Counted from the stretch's first letter, positions 37,623 through 47,498 are shown. The stretch: DNA of 64,000 nt from a bacterium (GCA_016124945.1 WGMT01000060.1:1135-65134), one strand, 5' to 3'. The notes: generated from the sequence alone by a model not told the origin. Program-made: numbers and translations.

Positions 37623-40600
37623 TCCCAGTAGACAGAGTTGCGTTTAACCGAGTTCCAGTTGACAGAGTTCCAGTTGACTGAGTTCCAGTTCACTGAGTTC
37701 CAATTCACTGAGTTCCAATTCACCGAGTTCCAGTTGACTGAATTCCAGTTCACCGAGTTCCAGTTCACTGAATTCCAATTGACTGAGTTCCAGTTCACCG
37801 AATTCCAGTTGACACTCGACCAATCGATTTCATCGCCACCATTCTGGTGCGCCCAGTAGGCGATCATGGCCATCTTCGCCAGCAACATGTGCGGAACAAC
37901 ATCCTGATTGGCGTACTGTGTGGTGTTGGCGCGGGTAGCAGCCTTGATGTCCAGGTAGCTGATGCCGCTACAGGGGCCGACAACGGCGATATCCTTGAGA
38001 TAGAAGGTGGATTGAGCGGCGCTGGTCCCTCCCAGAATCGCGATACGGCTAATTTGGCTGACGCTGCCCAAACTGCTTAACGGGATCACAACTTGCGTCC
38101 ACTGGTTGGGAGGCAAGAACTTCCAGTACGGCGTCGTCGTGTTGACTTTGTTGTCGTTGCCGTAGGTGACGACCCTGATGGTGTTTCCTTGAGGGCTACC
38201 GTAGGCCAGGAAACGAATCGAAGCGAATGGGGTGGTGTCAAGCAGATCCTCAGCGTTGAGGAAGAGCGTTCCCTGTGGTCCGGTATAGGTGACCGCCAAC
38301 CCTTGTGCATCGGTTGCCACCGAAGCTTCAAGCGACGAGAATTGCCAACCGATGCCCATCTCATTCGTGTAGATTTTCAGATCACAAGTCTGCTGGGCCA
38401 TCGCTTCGGCAAAGGGCCTGCCGGTATGCATCAGGCGATACTTCACTTGATTGGGTGTAAGCGTAGGCTCCGAACTAAGCAAAAGTGCGACGGTGCCTGC
38501 GGCCACGGCAGAGGCCATGGAGGTGCCCGACATACGGAAGTAGAAAGCGCCCGTGGTTCCTTGAACCTTGTGCGACGGGTGATTGATAGCCAGGTTGGCG
38601 TCGTCGCTGGCGAGGGAGGCAATGATGTTTGTCCCTGGCGCCATGATTTCGGGCTTCATGAAGCGTTCCGAAGTGAATCCAAATGCAGTGAAGGGGGCCA
38701 AGGTATCATCGAAGACGTCGATTGTCCACTTGTCGTCAGTAGCGCCGACAGTAATGACAAAGGGATCATTGGCCGGCGGATAGAGAATACCGGCGTCGTC
38801 GTTGTCACCGTTGTTGCCACTGGAGACAACCACAACAATGCCATTAAACCAGAGGATTTCAACCGCTGCGTTGAGCGCACTGGTGTGGTAAGACTCGGCA
38901 ACAGTGCTGTTAAGCGACATATTGACAACGCGGATGTTGTACTTGTCCTTGTTGGCCAGAATCCATTCCAAGCCCGCTACAACGCTGGATGTACTGCCGA
39001 CGCCATAGTCATCGGTCACACGGACATCGACCAGATCAGCGAGCGGTGCGATACCGATATAGGTACCGTACGATTTTTTGCCATTACCGGCAATCGCGCC
39101 GGCAATATGGGTGCCATGGCCGAAGTAATCGTCTTTCGTCCCGCCGATGGTGAAGTCAACGTGGGCGAGGACACGACTATTGCCGGCTTTGTTTGTAAGA
39201 TCAGGGTGGACGGCAATGCCACTGTCAACCACGGCCACAGTGATGCCTTCACCCTGCTTACGCACTTCATCGTTCCAGATGTCACTGGCGCCGACGACCT
39301 TGGGAAAGACAGTCTGCATGGCAGAGGTGTCAATACAGTCGGTGCACGCCTCAACAGGTGGTTGTGAATTGTTTGAATTGGTTGATGCCCACTGAACATT
39401 CACGTTGTCGATGAAGGCGAATTCGCCCCATTCCCAATTAAAGTTGCGGTTGACAAAGCGGATTGTGGTGTCGTCAGAGATATACTTTGAGATATCGACG
39501 GAGTACGTACCTCTGTCGGTACCGCCGAATGTTGTGAGCAAGGTAAACGGGCCAGAACTGCTCGTTGAGATCATCAGAGAAAGCAGTTCGTTGAAATCGA
39601 GGCCTCTGGTTTCCCAGTTGAAGCTGAGGATCGCGTCCTTGCCGTGTGAGAGATCAACGCTGCGGCTGATCATCTCGTGGTTACGGTAAGTGTTGTGAAA
39701 TTGTAGACGGCCATTGTTGATGCCGATATAGTCGCCGCCGCTGGGGCCAGGAAAGCCATCTGGGTCAACTTCGATCCAATCACCTTTCCAGGCCACAACG
39801 CCGTAGTTGTTCTGGTAAGACACCACACCAAATTCATCGCGCGCATTGACGGTAGTGCCGGCGCTGAACACCGACTGCACGTTGTTGACAGGAACAGGTT
39901 GCGGCGCGCTGACATGGGGCAAGAGCAGTTGGTGCCGATAGTCCGGCTGTACAACGTTGTAGCTCACCTGTACAAAATCCAGGTAGAAGCGTGCGTTGGT
40001 ACTCATACTTTCGTTGCTGATAAAGCGCAATTTGAGATCGTAGCCGGTAAACAGGCCAAGATCGTAACCGGCAACAATGGGCGCAGCATCGGTTATAGGC
40101 CCGGTGAGGCTCTCAAGCAATTGCCATGAGGCGCCGCCATCGCGCGAAATCTCGATGCGCACAGCATCACCCGCAGAGAAATCTTTGCGACGGTAGCCTA
40201 TGTTCATAGAGGCAATCGTACTTTGGAGCAGGTTAATCTCCGTCTCAATACCCCGGTTGCCGTTTTTGATACGCAAACCTTCCTGTTGCCCGCCATAGAA
40301 CATAGTAAGGGCAACATCACCATCTTCCATGCCGTCGTTTTCACCGACTTCAGACCAACGCCAATCAACCGACCGTGTGCTGCCTGGTTCCATCATAGCG
40401 AAATCTTCGCGCAGGACAACGTCGGCGCCTAGCTCACCACTCTTGAGAACAGGCGCGTCCAGGCTGATCCAGCGGACACCGGCGATGTCGGCCAGCGCCG
40501 GGATATGGGTGGCGGGCAATTCAACCACGAGCGCATTGATGATCTCAAGTTTCGAGAGTACCTGTCCCCCCAGCGTTGTCACCGCAGACGTAACCTCTGC

Positions 40601-40849
40601 ACTGTCGCTAGACAACTGGACAATTAAGCGCGGGACAAGGTTCGGTTCTTCGGTGGCCAGACTCAAAAGTAGTGGTTGTACATTTTGAGCATAAGGCACC
40701 GACACAGGATTCGTCGTGGGTGCACTGCAACTCGCCAATGGCAAGAGCGCTATCAGTTGTAGCGTCAATAAAAGACGTAGCAAGTGTTGTTTTATCCTAC
40801 CGGCCATCGTCATATTTGGCAGCCTCTCATACCAAAGTTGATCTTCCAT
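37616..40849 (-). CDS. Secreted subtilisin-like serine protease (S8): I9-like propeptide, two tandem beta-sandwich-like modules, C-terminal domain and (NWNSV)11 tail
   Basis: Catalytic triad motifs VAVVDSGIAVH, HGTHIAGAIAG and SGTSMASAVAAG. Signal/lipobox-like MAGRIKQHLLRLLLTLQLIALLPLASC. The start may be ATG 40813 or 40807 instead of 40849. Confidence 0.9.
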   Translation of the reverse strand: MEDQLWYERLPNMTMAGRIKQHLLRLLLTLQLIALLPLASCSAPTTNPVSVPYAQNVQPLLLSLATEEPNLVPRLIVQLSSDSAEVTSAVTTLGGQVLSKLEIINALVVELPATHIPALADIAGVRWISLDAPVLKSGELGADVVLREDFAMMEPGSTRSVDWRWSEVGENDGMEDGDVALTMFYGGQQEGLRIKNGNRGIETEINLLQSTIASMNIGYRRKDFSAGDAVRIEISRDGGASWQLLESLTGPITDAAPIVAGYDLGLFTGYDLKLRFISNESMSTNARFYLDFVQVSYNVVQPDYRHQLLLPHVSAPQPVPVNNVQSVFSAGTTVNARDEFGVVSYQNNYGVVAWKGDWIEVDPDGFPGPSGGDYIGINNGRLQFHNTYRNHEMISRSVDLSHGKDAILSFNWETRGLDFNELLSLMISTSSSGPFTLLTTFGGTDRGTYSVDISKYISDDTTIRFVNRNFNWEWGEFAFIDNVNVQWASTNSNNSQPPVEACTDCIDTSAMQTVFPKVVGASDIWNDEVRKQGEGITVAVVDSGIAVHPDLTNKAGNSRVLAHVDFTIGGTKDDYFGHGTHIAGAIAGNGKKSYGTYIGIAPLADLVDVRVTDDYGVGSTSSVVAGLEWILANKDKYNIRVVNMSLNSTVAESYHTSALNAAVEILWFNGIVVVVSSGNNGDNDDAGILYPPANDPFVITVGATDDKWTIDVFDDTLAPFTAFGFTSERFMKPEIMAPGTNIIASLASDDANLAINHPSHKVQGTTGAFYFRMSGTSMASAVAAGTVALLLSSEPTLTPNQVKYRLMHTGRPFAEAMAQQTCDLKIYTNEMGIGWQFSSLEASVATDAQGLAVTYTGPQGTLFLNAEDLLDTTPFASIRFLAYGSPQGNTIRVVTYGNDNKVNTTTPYWKFLPPNQWTQVVIPLSSLGSVSQISRIAILGGTSAAQSTFYLKDIAVVGPCSGISYLDIKAATRANTTQYANQDVVPHMLLAKMAMIAYWAHQNGGDEIDWSSVNWNSVNWNSVNWNSVNWNSVNWNSVNWNSVNWNSVNWNSVNWNSVNWNSVNWNSVKRNSVYWED
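37647..37811 (-). repeat. Coding 15-bp tandem repeat x11 encoding a perfect NWNSV pentapeptide array
   Basis: Eleven units. The units differ only at four positions per unit, and all four are third-codon, synonymous positions on the coding strand. Confidence 0.95.
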
Positions 40850-40870
40850 TCGAAACTCCGTACTTCTGAA

Positions 40871-40903
40871 GGTGATACAGTATGCTTCGGGGTGATACAG
40901 TAT
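40871..40903. repeat. Direct repeat GGTGATACAGTAT x2 (period 20 bp)
   Basis: Read directly. Lies 22-54 nt upstream of the protease ORF start and downstream of the GGDEF/HD-GYP gene. Confidence 0.8.
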
Positions 40904-40979
40904 CGATGTTTGTTTAGTTCGTGGTGAACAAATTATTTTTCAAGCTAAGTTATACATGCATCGTTGTTTGCCACGGCTT

Positions 40980-43862
40980 TTACGATGCCTCAACAGCAAG
41001 TTGCGGCTTTCCATTCCAGCGAGAAATACGCTTTGAATAGAGAGGGGCTGCCATCTGGTTGTGCGCCCGCATGACCTCGGTGGCGGAATTACTAATGAGA
41101 TGCGGGTTCTGTTCAACAACTTCAAAAAACGCAGTCACGATAATCGGATCAAATTGCTGACCGGAACATCGCTGTAGCTCAGACAAAATGGCCTGTATGG
41201 GTTTATTGCGCTGATAAGGCCGATCAGATGCCATTGCTTCTACAGCATCGCACACAGAAAGAATACGAGCCGCCAAAGGAATCTCTTCCCCTTGCAAACC
41301 GGCTGGGTAGCCACCGCCATCCCATTGCTCGTGGTGTGAGCGGATCATAGGTGCAAGGTGTTGTAAGGCATGGCTTGTCAAGAGGAAATCCGCACCAATC
41401 GCTGTATGCTGCTTGACAATTTCATACTCGTCGTCGGTGAGTGAACCCGGCTTAAGTAGAATCCGTTCAGGAATACCCATTTTCCCAATATCGTGTAAGA
41501 GGCCGGCCTGGTATACTTCTTCGACCTCTTCTTCGGGTAGATTGAGATGGATGGCAATGGCACGAGCGTACTCTGCCACTTTGGATGCATGACCCGACAC
41601 GAAAGGATCACGGGCGTCGATAATGCGAGAGAGCGTCAGCATCAACTCCTGGTTCATCTGCTCGATGGACGCTTTCCCTTTGATCACCTGTTGATTGGCT
41701 TCGGCCAATTCTGCATTCATGCGTCGCAGTTCACGCACAGAATTTTGTGTCCGATCGACATACATACGCTGCATATGGTGCATGCTGATAATGGGGAGTA
41801 TATAGATGAGAACACCCACGATCCCCATAGAGATATAGGCAAGCGCAAGAAACAGCCCCAATACACTCAATGTTATATACGGCCGGAGCAGCCAACGGAA
41901 CTGTTCATTCCATACGGCGCGTACCTGCGTTCCCTCAGAAAGTGCAAGCGCAGATGCAACCAATCCCGTTTCAATGAAGAAGTAAATGACTGCAGCAACA
42001 CTCGTACCAGGAACCAATATCCAAAGCGCTTCAAACGACGTTATGCTCTCAAATGCTTGCTTGACTAGATAAGCCAGCAGCACCGGAGCCATACCTGCTA
42101 GTACATGAGCCGACCAGTTAAAAAGCAGTTTGTAGAACTGGCCACGCGCGCGCAGGTAGTGCACGATTGCAATTACAGTGCTGGTAGCAACGACACCAGG
42201 CCCACCACACGCCAGCGCCGCTGCAAAGACAATCGCAACAGCACTCGATACGGAACTTTTTTCGTAGAGCCCGAATTGGAGCCACTGTACGCCAAAGGCC
42301 AACAGTGAAAAGACCAAAAGACTCACCCAGCTAAATTCTGTTTCCATCAAAGACGTCACGAGGCCTGCCACGATACCAAACAGGATGACCGCTTCGATAA
42401 AAAGCCAGGGTGTGGTCAAAGTCCTTTCGACAGGCGTTTCGACGCGCACATTCGTTTGCTTAGGCGTCTGCATCGTCGGTCGCATCTGTTTTTCAGGTTT
42501 GTCTGGCATTTTAACCGGTGCGTCCGCTTTTTCAATCGGCTCGCCGCTCTGCACAATCGGTTCCAGTACAGGAACTTGAGGCAGTGTACCTCGCTTTTCA
42601 GCCAGCGCATCTGCAGCATCGATCTTAACTGAACGCGGGACCTGAATCGCCTGGACTACTCTATTGCGTCCTTGAAGTTTGGCCTGGTACAAGGCGACAT
42701 CGGCTTCGTAGATCAGCTTCTCCACGGAATCAGCGTCCTCAGGGAAGCAGGCAACCCCCAAACTCATTGTTGCATGCAATGGCCCATTTACTGTCGAACA
42801 GTGAAATGACGTGGCCTCTACAGTTTCACGTATGCGTTCAGCAATGGCGACAGCCTGTTCACGTGATGTGTTCGGCAGTAGAATGGCGTATTCCTCGCCG
42901 CCGAACCGGCTTGGCGTATCTTGCTTGCGCACAATCTTACGGATAATCGTCCCGATACCCGAAATCACTGCATCACCGGCCAGGTGGCCGTACGTATTGT
43001 TGATAGTGCGCAACAGATCGAGATCAGCCATGATCACTGAGGCAACACGCCGATTCTGCTCAGAGCTGACAAGTTCAGATTGAAGTGTCTGATTGAAGTG
43101 ACTGGCGTTCCAGAGGCCGGTTTTCTCGTCGGTATTGGCCTTCTTTTCCAACTCGGGCACTTGTAAAGCGCGATAGAGCATGACAAACGGAGCAATCACG
43201 AGCGGCAACAGCCACGGGCTTAGCGTCCACAATAAGGCTGAAATGTAGCCAATCGTCATCATGACGCCGTCTGTCACTAGATCTTCAATTTCCATAACAC
43301 CAGATTCAACCCACGAAATCTGCCGTGCCATTGTCAACGCTTGACCGATCAACAGATGATTGATCAGTGTGTACACGGTGATGGATGCAATGGTCGCCAA
43401 CAAAGTAGACTGAAGTGTGAAGAGCGTAAAGTCCAGTGTGCCGCCCATGCGTTGAAAAACCTGTTGCGCAACAATACCGGCAATAACATGTGATGCAATG
43501 TTAAATGGCTGCACGTACCAGGTATAAGGATCTCCCTCTAGTTGTCGCTTGGCCCACTCCATTAGATGGGGAATGGCCACGACAAGGAAGAGCCCGTAGG
43601 GAGGCAACAGTACAACGGCTACAAAAAACGGAACAAGATGTGGATAGTATGAATGTCTACTCGCACGGACTTTGACTTCGAAAAACTGGCCGTAAATACC
43701 AAGAACAACCCACACGGCAAGGGAGAACAAGTCGGAATCTTTGGTCGGCATCGACAGTTGCGCCACTACAGTTAGGCCAACAGCAGTTAGCCAAACAGAC
43801 CATAGATAGAACCATGTTTGCTTCGACATACCGATCTTCCTTGCGCTTCTTCTTGCCGGCAA
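40980..43862 (-). CDS. Membrane-bound dual-domain c-di-GMP enzyme: TM sensor - GGDEF - second TM block - coiled coil - HD-GYP
   Basis: 960-aa ORF. Diguanylate cyclase motif RFGGEEYAILL; HD-GYP motifs LLHDIGK and HHEQWDGGGYP. There are two multi-helix hydrophobic blocks. Confidence 0.9.
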   Translation of the reverse strand: MPARRSARKIGMSKQTWFYLWSVWLTAVGLTVVAQLSMPTKDSDLFSLAVWVVLGIYGQFFEVKVRASRHSYYPHLVPFFVAVVLLPPYGLFLVVAIPHLMEWAKRQLEGDPYTWYVQPFNIASHVIAGIVAQQVFQRMGGTLDFTLFTLQSTLLATIASITVYTLINHLLIGQALTMARQISWVESGVMEIEDLVTDGVMMTIGYISALLWTLSPWLLPLVIAPFVMLYRALQVPELEKKANTDEKTGLWNASHFNQTLQSELVSSEQNRRVASVIMADLDLLRTINNTYGHLAGDAVISGIGTIIRKIVRKQDTPSRFGGEEYAILLPNTSREQAVAIAERIRETVEATSFHCSTVNGPLHATMSLGVACFPEDADSVEKLIYEADVALYQAKLQGRNRVVQAIQVPRSVKIDAADALAEKRGTLPQVPVLEPIVQSGEPIEKADAPVKMPDKPEKQMRPTMQTPKQTNVRVETPVERTLTTPWLFIEAVILFGIVAGLVTSLMETEFSWVSLLVFSLLAFGVQWLQFGLYEKSSVSSAVAIVFAAALACGGPGVVATSTVIAIVHYLRARGQFYKLLFNWSAHVLAGMAPVLLAYLVKQAFESITSFEALWILVPGTSVAAVIYFFIETGLVASALALSEGTQVRAVWNEQFRWLLRPYITLSVLGLFLALAYISMGIVGVLIYILPIISMHHMQRMYVDRTQNSVRELRRMNAELAEANQQVIKGKASIEQMNQELMLTLSRIIDARDPFVSGHASKVAEYARAIAIHLNLPEEEVEEVYQAGLLHDIGKMGIPERILLKPGSLTDDEYEIVKQHTAIGADFLLTSHALQHLAPMIRSHHEQWDGGGYPAGLQGEEIPLAARILSVCDAVEAMASDRPYQRNKPIQAILSELQRCSGQQFDPIIVTAFFEVVEQNPHLISNSATEVMRAHNQMAAPLYSKRISRWNGKPQLAVEAS

Positions 43863-43888
43863 CCGTCACCGATGCCACTCAATAATGA

Positions 43889-43948
43889 TCGCTGCTGTTA
43901 TCGCTGCTCACCCATTGTCGCTGCTCACCCATTGTCGCTGCTCACCCA
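43889..43948. repeat. Tandem repeat, 17-bp unit TCGCTGCTCACCCATTG x3.5
   Basis: Two perfect copies with a diverged copy and a partial copy flanking them. Located 11 nt after the histidine-kinase stop and upstream of the GGDEF/HD-GYP start. Confidence 0.9.
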
Positions 43949-43959
43949 ACATTTTCGTT

Positions 43960-45165
43960 TTACTCGGTTAAGACTGCGATTGGTAACGCCAAATAGAAGG
44001 TACTTCCCAACCCTTCGCCTGCACTTTCAACCCATACACGCCCATTGTGTGCTTCAGCGATTTTTCTACATACAGCAAGCCCTGTACCCATACCACCAAA
44101 GACACGGGTCGTTGTACCGTTTCCCTGACTGAACTCATCAAAAATGGTACGCTGTTTTTGGGGTGATATACCAACCCCCTGATCTGAAATGGCAACAATA
44201 ACTTCGTTAGATGACACAATCATCTGGACGAGCACCGAGTTGTCTTCGTAACTAAACTTTATAGCGTTATCAAACAGATTGCTTAACGCCTGAGTCAAGA
44301 GGGTACCATCTGCCATTACGTGCACTGCGTCGACACTTGGAGACAGCCACTCTAGCCGAATCTGCCGATTGAGTGCATACGGCTGAGACTTACGAAGCAC
44401 CGTCTGAAGAAGCGAAATCAACTCTATCGGCGTCTTGTGCATCTGCTCTGTCGATAGTGACTGTAACAGAAGCAGTTGTTCTATCATTTCCTTAAGATAC
44501 TGAGCCCTTTCTTGCAGAATGCTCAATGCATCTCGCTGATCTTGTGTTAACGGACCGAGGACTTCGTCCATCAGTAAATGTGTGTAGCCGTGAATTAAGG
44601 CTAGGGGCGTCCGCAATTCGTGAGACACATTCTGTAGCATCTCCTGCTTAGCTTGCAGTGCCCGATGAAGTGATTCATTGCTTAAGCGTAGCCCTTCTTC
44701 AGCCGCCTTGAGCTGGGTTACATCATTCACAATGACTGCACTGGTACGAGAATTGACTCGGCTCCTCACATCAACCGGCTGGACCTTGATCTGAATGTAG
44801 CGCTGCAAGTGTTGATCATAGAGTTCCATCTCACTCGTTGAATAGTGACGCAGTGCATGGTTCAGGAAACGCAGCATGGTACATTCACCATCTACACAAT
44901 CATGATGGAGAAGTGTGTGTAGATTCCTTCCCTTCACCATGGTAACCATCCCCAAACGCCAGCGCTCAACCGCGCGATTCGTTCGCCAGATCGTCCCTTC
45001 GTGATCCACCAAGCAGATCAGTTGTGGCAGCGCATCCATTGTCGCTTCCCACTCTTGCTTGGCAAGTTCGACTTTCTCGAACGTCTCTTGCAACAGCCGA
45101 GCCGACACAGAAGCCTGAGTGGAAGGTACTTCGTTTTTGTCGTCATGCGAGAGTGCGTAAGCCAA
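43960..45165 (-). CDS. Sensor histidine kinase (PAS-like - HisKA - HATPase_c), cytoplasmic
   Basis: H-box SHELRTPL, N-box LFDNAIKF, G-box GGMGTGLAVCRKIAE. No TM segment. Confidence 0.9.
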   Translation of the reverse strand: MAYALSHDDKNEVPSTQASVSARLLQETFEKVELAKQEWEATMDALPQLICLVDHEGTIWRTNRAVERWRLGMVTMVKGRNLHTLLHHDCVDGECTMLRFLNHALRHYSTSEMELYDQHLQRYIQIKVQPVDVRSRVNSRTSAVIVNDVTQLKAAEEGLRLSNESLHRALQAKQEMLQNVSHELRTPLALIHGYTHLLMDEVLGPLTQDQRDALSILQERAQYLKEMIEQLLLLQSLSTEQMHKTPIELISLLQTVLRKSQPYALNRQIRLEWLSPSVDAVHVMADGTLLTQALSNLFDNAIKFSYEDNSVLVQMIVSSNEVIVAISDQGVGISPQKQRTIFDEFSQGNGTTTRVFGGMGTGLAVCRKIAEAHNGRVWVESAGEGLGSTFYLALPIAVLTE

Positions 45166-45237
45166 AATGATACCTTTCGTTTTTGACTTTGTCGGAGCGA
45201 GTCTTACTATCAGCTTCGACAGTTAGTCGTTGCCACT

Positions 45238-45387
45238 ACATTACAATTGGCTGATATATCCCGACATTACAATTGGCTGATAGATTTGATCGTCTACATT
45301 ATACTTGGCCGATATGAATACTTAGCCGATATGAATACTTGGCCGATATGAATACTTGGCCGATATGAATACTTGGCCGATATGAAC
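45238..45387. repeat. Composite tandem array: ACATTACAATTGGCTGATA x2 (spaced), then ACATTATACTTGGCCGATAT and GAATACTTGGCCGATAT x4
   Basis: Read directly. Seven related 17-20-bp units sharing TTGGC(T/C)GATA, located 73-222 nt upstream of the histidine-kinase start. Confidence 0.9.
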
Positions 45388-45658
45388 TTATGCACAAAAA
45401 ACCTATCCATATACTCGTAGACAGGAAAAAGCTCAGTCTGACAAGCGAGGATAGGTCAAGAGCTGACTCGAGGCAGCCCGGCTGTCATAGCGATGTGCTT
45501 TAGACCCGTAGCTTTGCGTCCCCATCTTTCGATAAGTTTGCCTTTGCTTGAACAGAGATCATTTAGTTACTGTACAAAATACCTGAAATGTGCAAATTTA
45601 TGCTTAGTATTTTTAGCGTATTCTCAAACAGACTCAGTAAAAAGATTGAATTCTGTAG

Positions 45659-45696
45659 GAAAAAAGCGAAACCGGCTCCATACGGGTGCCGGCTTC
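45659..45696 (-). terminator. Intrinsic-terminator-like hairpin downstream of the IS630-like fragment
   Basis: Minus strand: GAAGCCGGC-loop-GCCGGUUUC (one mismatch), followed by GCUUUUUU. Confidence 0.45.
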
Positions 45697-45772
45697 ATTA
45701 AAGCTATTCGTAAATGGGGCAGCGCATTCTGTTTCACAACATGCGCATCGGTAAAGCGTGCATTTGCCGTAG

Positions 45773-46357
45773 CTAACTGATGCCGACGGATAACTTTTGC
45801 ATCGGGAAGCGCGGGGGATTGGGCCGCAGGTTTAGTTTAGGTGCAGGCCGGTGGTTACTACGCATCAAGCCGGAATCCTTGCGCCAGCCTCGACTTGATC
45901 GGTGCTTGATGCCATGCGCACGCAACACCTGACGAATCGTTTCAACACTGATCTGAGCAACTATCTTGTTCTGAATCAGGTATTTGCGTAGCCGCTGTAG
46001 CGACCATTGGGAAAAGTTCAATCCCAGTTGGCGTGGATCTGCATCCGCGACTTCAACAATTGACTCGCGCTGCTCATCAGAAAAGACAGGTGGGCGCCCC
46101 GGTGATTTACCACTGCGTAACCCATCAATCCCTTCTTCATTAAAGCGATGAATCCACTTACGAACATTAATTGGGTGTAGCTCCACTTCTCGGCTGATCT
46201 CTTGCACACGGTGCCCTTGTGCCGATAAGAGCACGATCATTAATCGCTGCTCAGGAACATTGGGCTCTGATTGCTGGGTCAACCACTCAAGTTCTTCCCA
46301 CTCTTCATTCGTTAGATCACGTACAAACAAGGCCATTTTGTCTCTCCATGCACCCAA
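45773..46357 (-). mobile_element. IS630/Tc1-family transposase, N-terminal HTH/winged-helix portion only (DDE domain missing): IS remnant
   Basis: [55 protein letters not shown]...[15 protein letters not shown] is typical of IS630 ORF N-termini. The ORF ends after about 190 aa with no D..D..E region. Sits in an AT-rich context. Confidence 0.7.
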
Positions 46358-46710
46358 TGACGGGCAGCGCGTTCACATAAATCCGCAAAGGAACTATTTG
46401 ATTTCCGTAATGAAATATACGGACAACAGAAGATCCCACATGCATAACCAGAATTTGATACTAATGATTGGAGTGTAACAGTCGCGTAATGAAATCCCTA
46501 TAGTACTTTGGCGTAAGGCTAAGGGTTATCTGGGTGATCATAGGTAGTGCATTAGAACTAATTAAAATACCCTTACATAACCTAGGGGCACAGAGGGACT
46601 TTACATATAGTTAGCGATAGAAGCTCAAAGGGGGAAACGGTTTTCCACCCAGCACAACGACTTTGGCAAACTTAACGACAACAACACAGAACAAAATCAA
46701 AATCAATACA

Positions 46711-46747
46711 AAAGGGCACCACCCCTAAGGGGGCGGTGCCCTTTTAT
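46711..46747 (-). terminator. Intrinsic terminator after the receiver-like gene (usable in both directions)
   Basis: GGGCACCACCCC-TAA-GGGGGCGGTGCCC stem, flanked by an A-run on one side and a T-run on the other. Confidence 0.7.
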
Positions 46748-46775
46748 CATCAAAGACAACCGGTAACAAACAGAG

Positions 46776-47228
46776 CTAAAAACGGTTCCTCGAACTTTGT
46801 GCTCTACGTAGAAGTGCCTTACAGCGGGCCAGCAGCACTTCAAACGGGATATTTACAGCCCATATTGCATCGGCCCCAGCTGTTAATGCCGTCACCAACT
46901 GCTCTGTAGAATAGCCATTGGTTATAATTACCAGCGGGATTCGGTGTTCTATCCGAATACTGGTCAGTACTGTCTCAATGGTGCCGTCTAGCCGTTCAAA
47001 CCCATCAAGCATAATGAGGTCAGCTTCGGCTAATTGACTCGTAGAAACATCAAAAACATCCACAACCTTCAACTTCATTCCTTGCGACTTCATCGCTTTC
47101 TGTAAATCAAGCGCGCGATCGTTGACATGACCACGAGCCCGCAGCCACAGAATATCTGCTCCTTTTAGAGGATCAGACCAATGAGCGCGATGAAGTCTTG
47201 GGGAAATGTTTGGCCCGTGATTTGCCAT
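46776..47228 (-). CDS. Stand-alone atypical (pseudo-)receiver domain protein
   Basis: CheY-like fold pattern that retains the D57-equivalent (ADLIMLD) and the T87-equivalent (VIITNG). The N-terminal acidic DD pair is missing (ILWLRARG) and the K109-equivalent is replaced (AVNIPF instead of xKPF). Confidence 0.6.
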   Translation of the reverse strand: MANHGPNISPRLHRAHWSDPLKGADILWLRARGHVNDRALDLQKAMKSQGMKLKVVDVFDVSTSQLAEADLIMLDGFERLDGTIETVLTSIRIEHRIPLVIITNGYSTEQLVTALTAGADAIWAVNIPFEVLLARCKALLRRAQSSRNRF

Positions 47229-47498
47229 TTGCTTATCCTCGATTGCAAGAATTCAAAAAGGCATGCTGTAGAGAACGCCACCGTACTCAGGATGTAGTTC
47301 ATTAGAGATATGTTTAAGCATAAATCGGTTCAGCCACATTGCAAGCGCAACCGCTTACTCTTTGCTGACAAAACATATAAGCAATAACACAATTAACGCT
47401 TATATTAGCACTAATCGATTTATACATCCAACCAGAATATTTACAGGGGAGAAAATTGTGAAGGTAGGCGAGGGTATACGAGGAACGCAGATGGGGCA

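Noticed and set aside
37638-37859. An ORF encoding (TEFQL/F)n.
   Set aside because: It is the antisense reading of the NWNSV coding repeat. On this strand the variable positions are non-synonymous (L/F), whereas they are all silent on the protease strand.
38093-39367. A 424-aa plus-strand ORF.
   Set aside because: It is antisense to the S8 protease catalytic domain and has no motifs. It is a shadow ORF.
45493-45780. A 95-aa plus-strand ORF next to the IS630 fragment.
   Set aside because: It has no ribosome-binding site, overlaps a minus-strand terminator-like hairpin and has a low-complexity translation. It is probably degraded IS or intergenic DNA.
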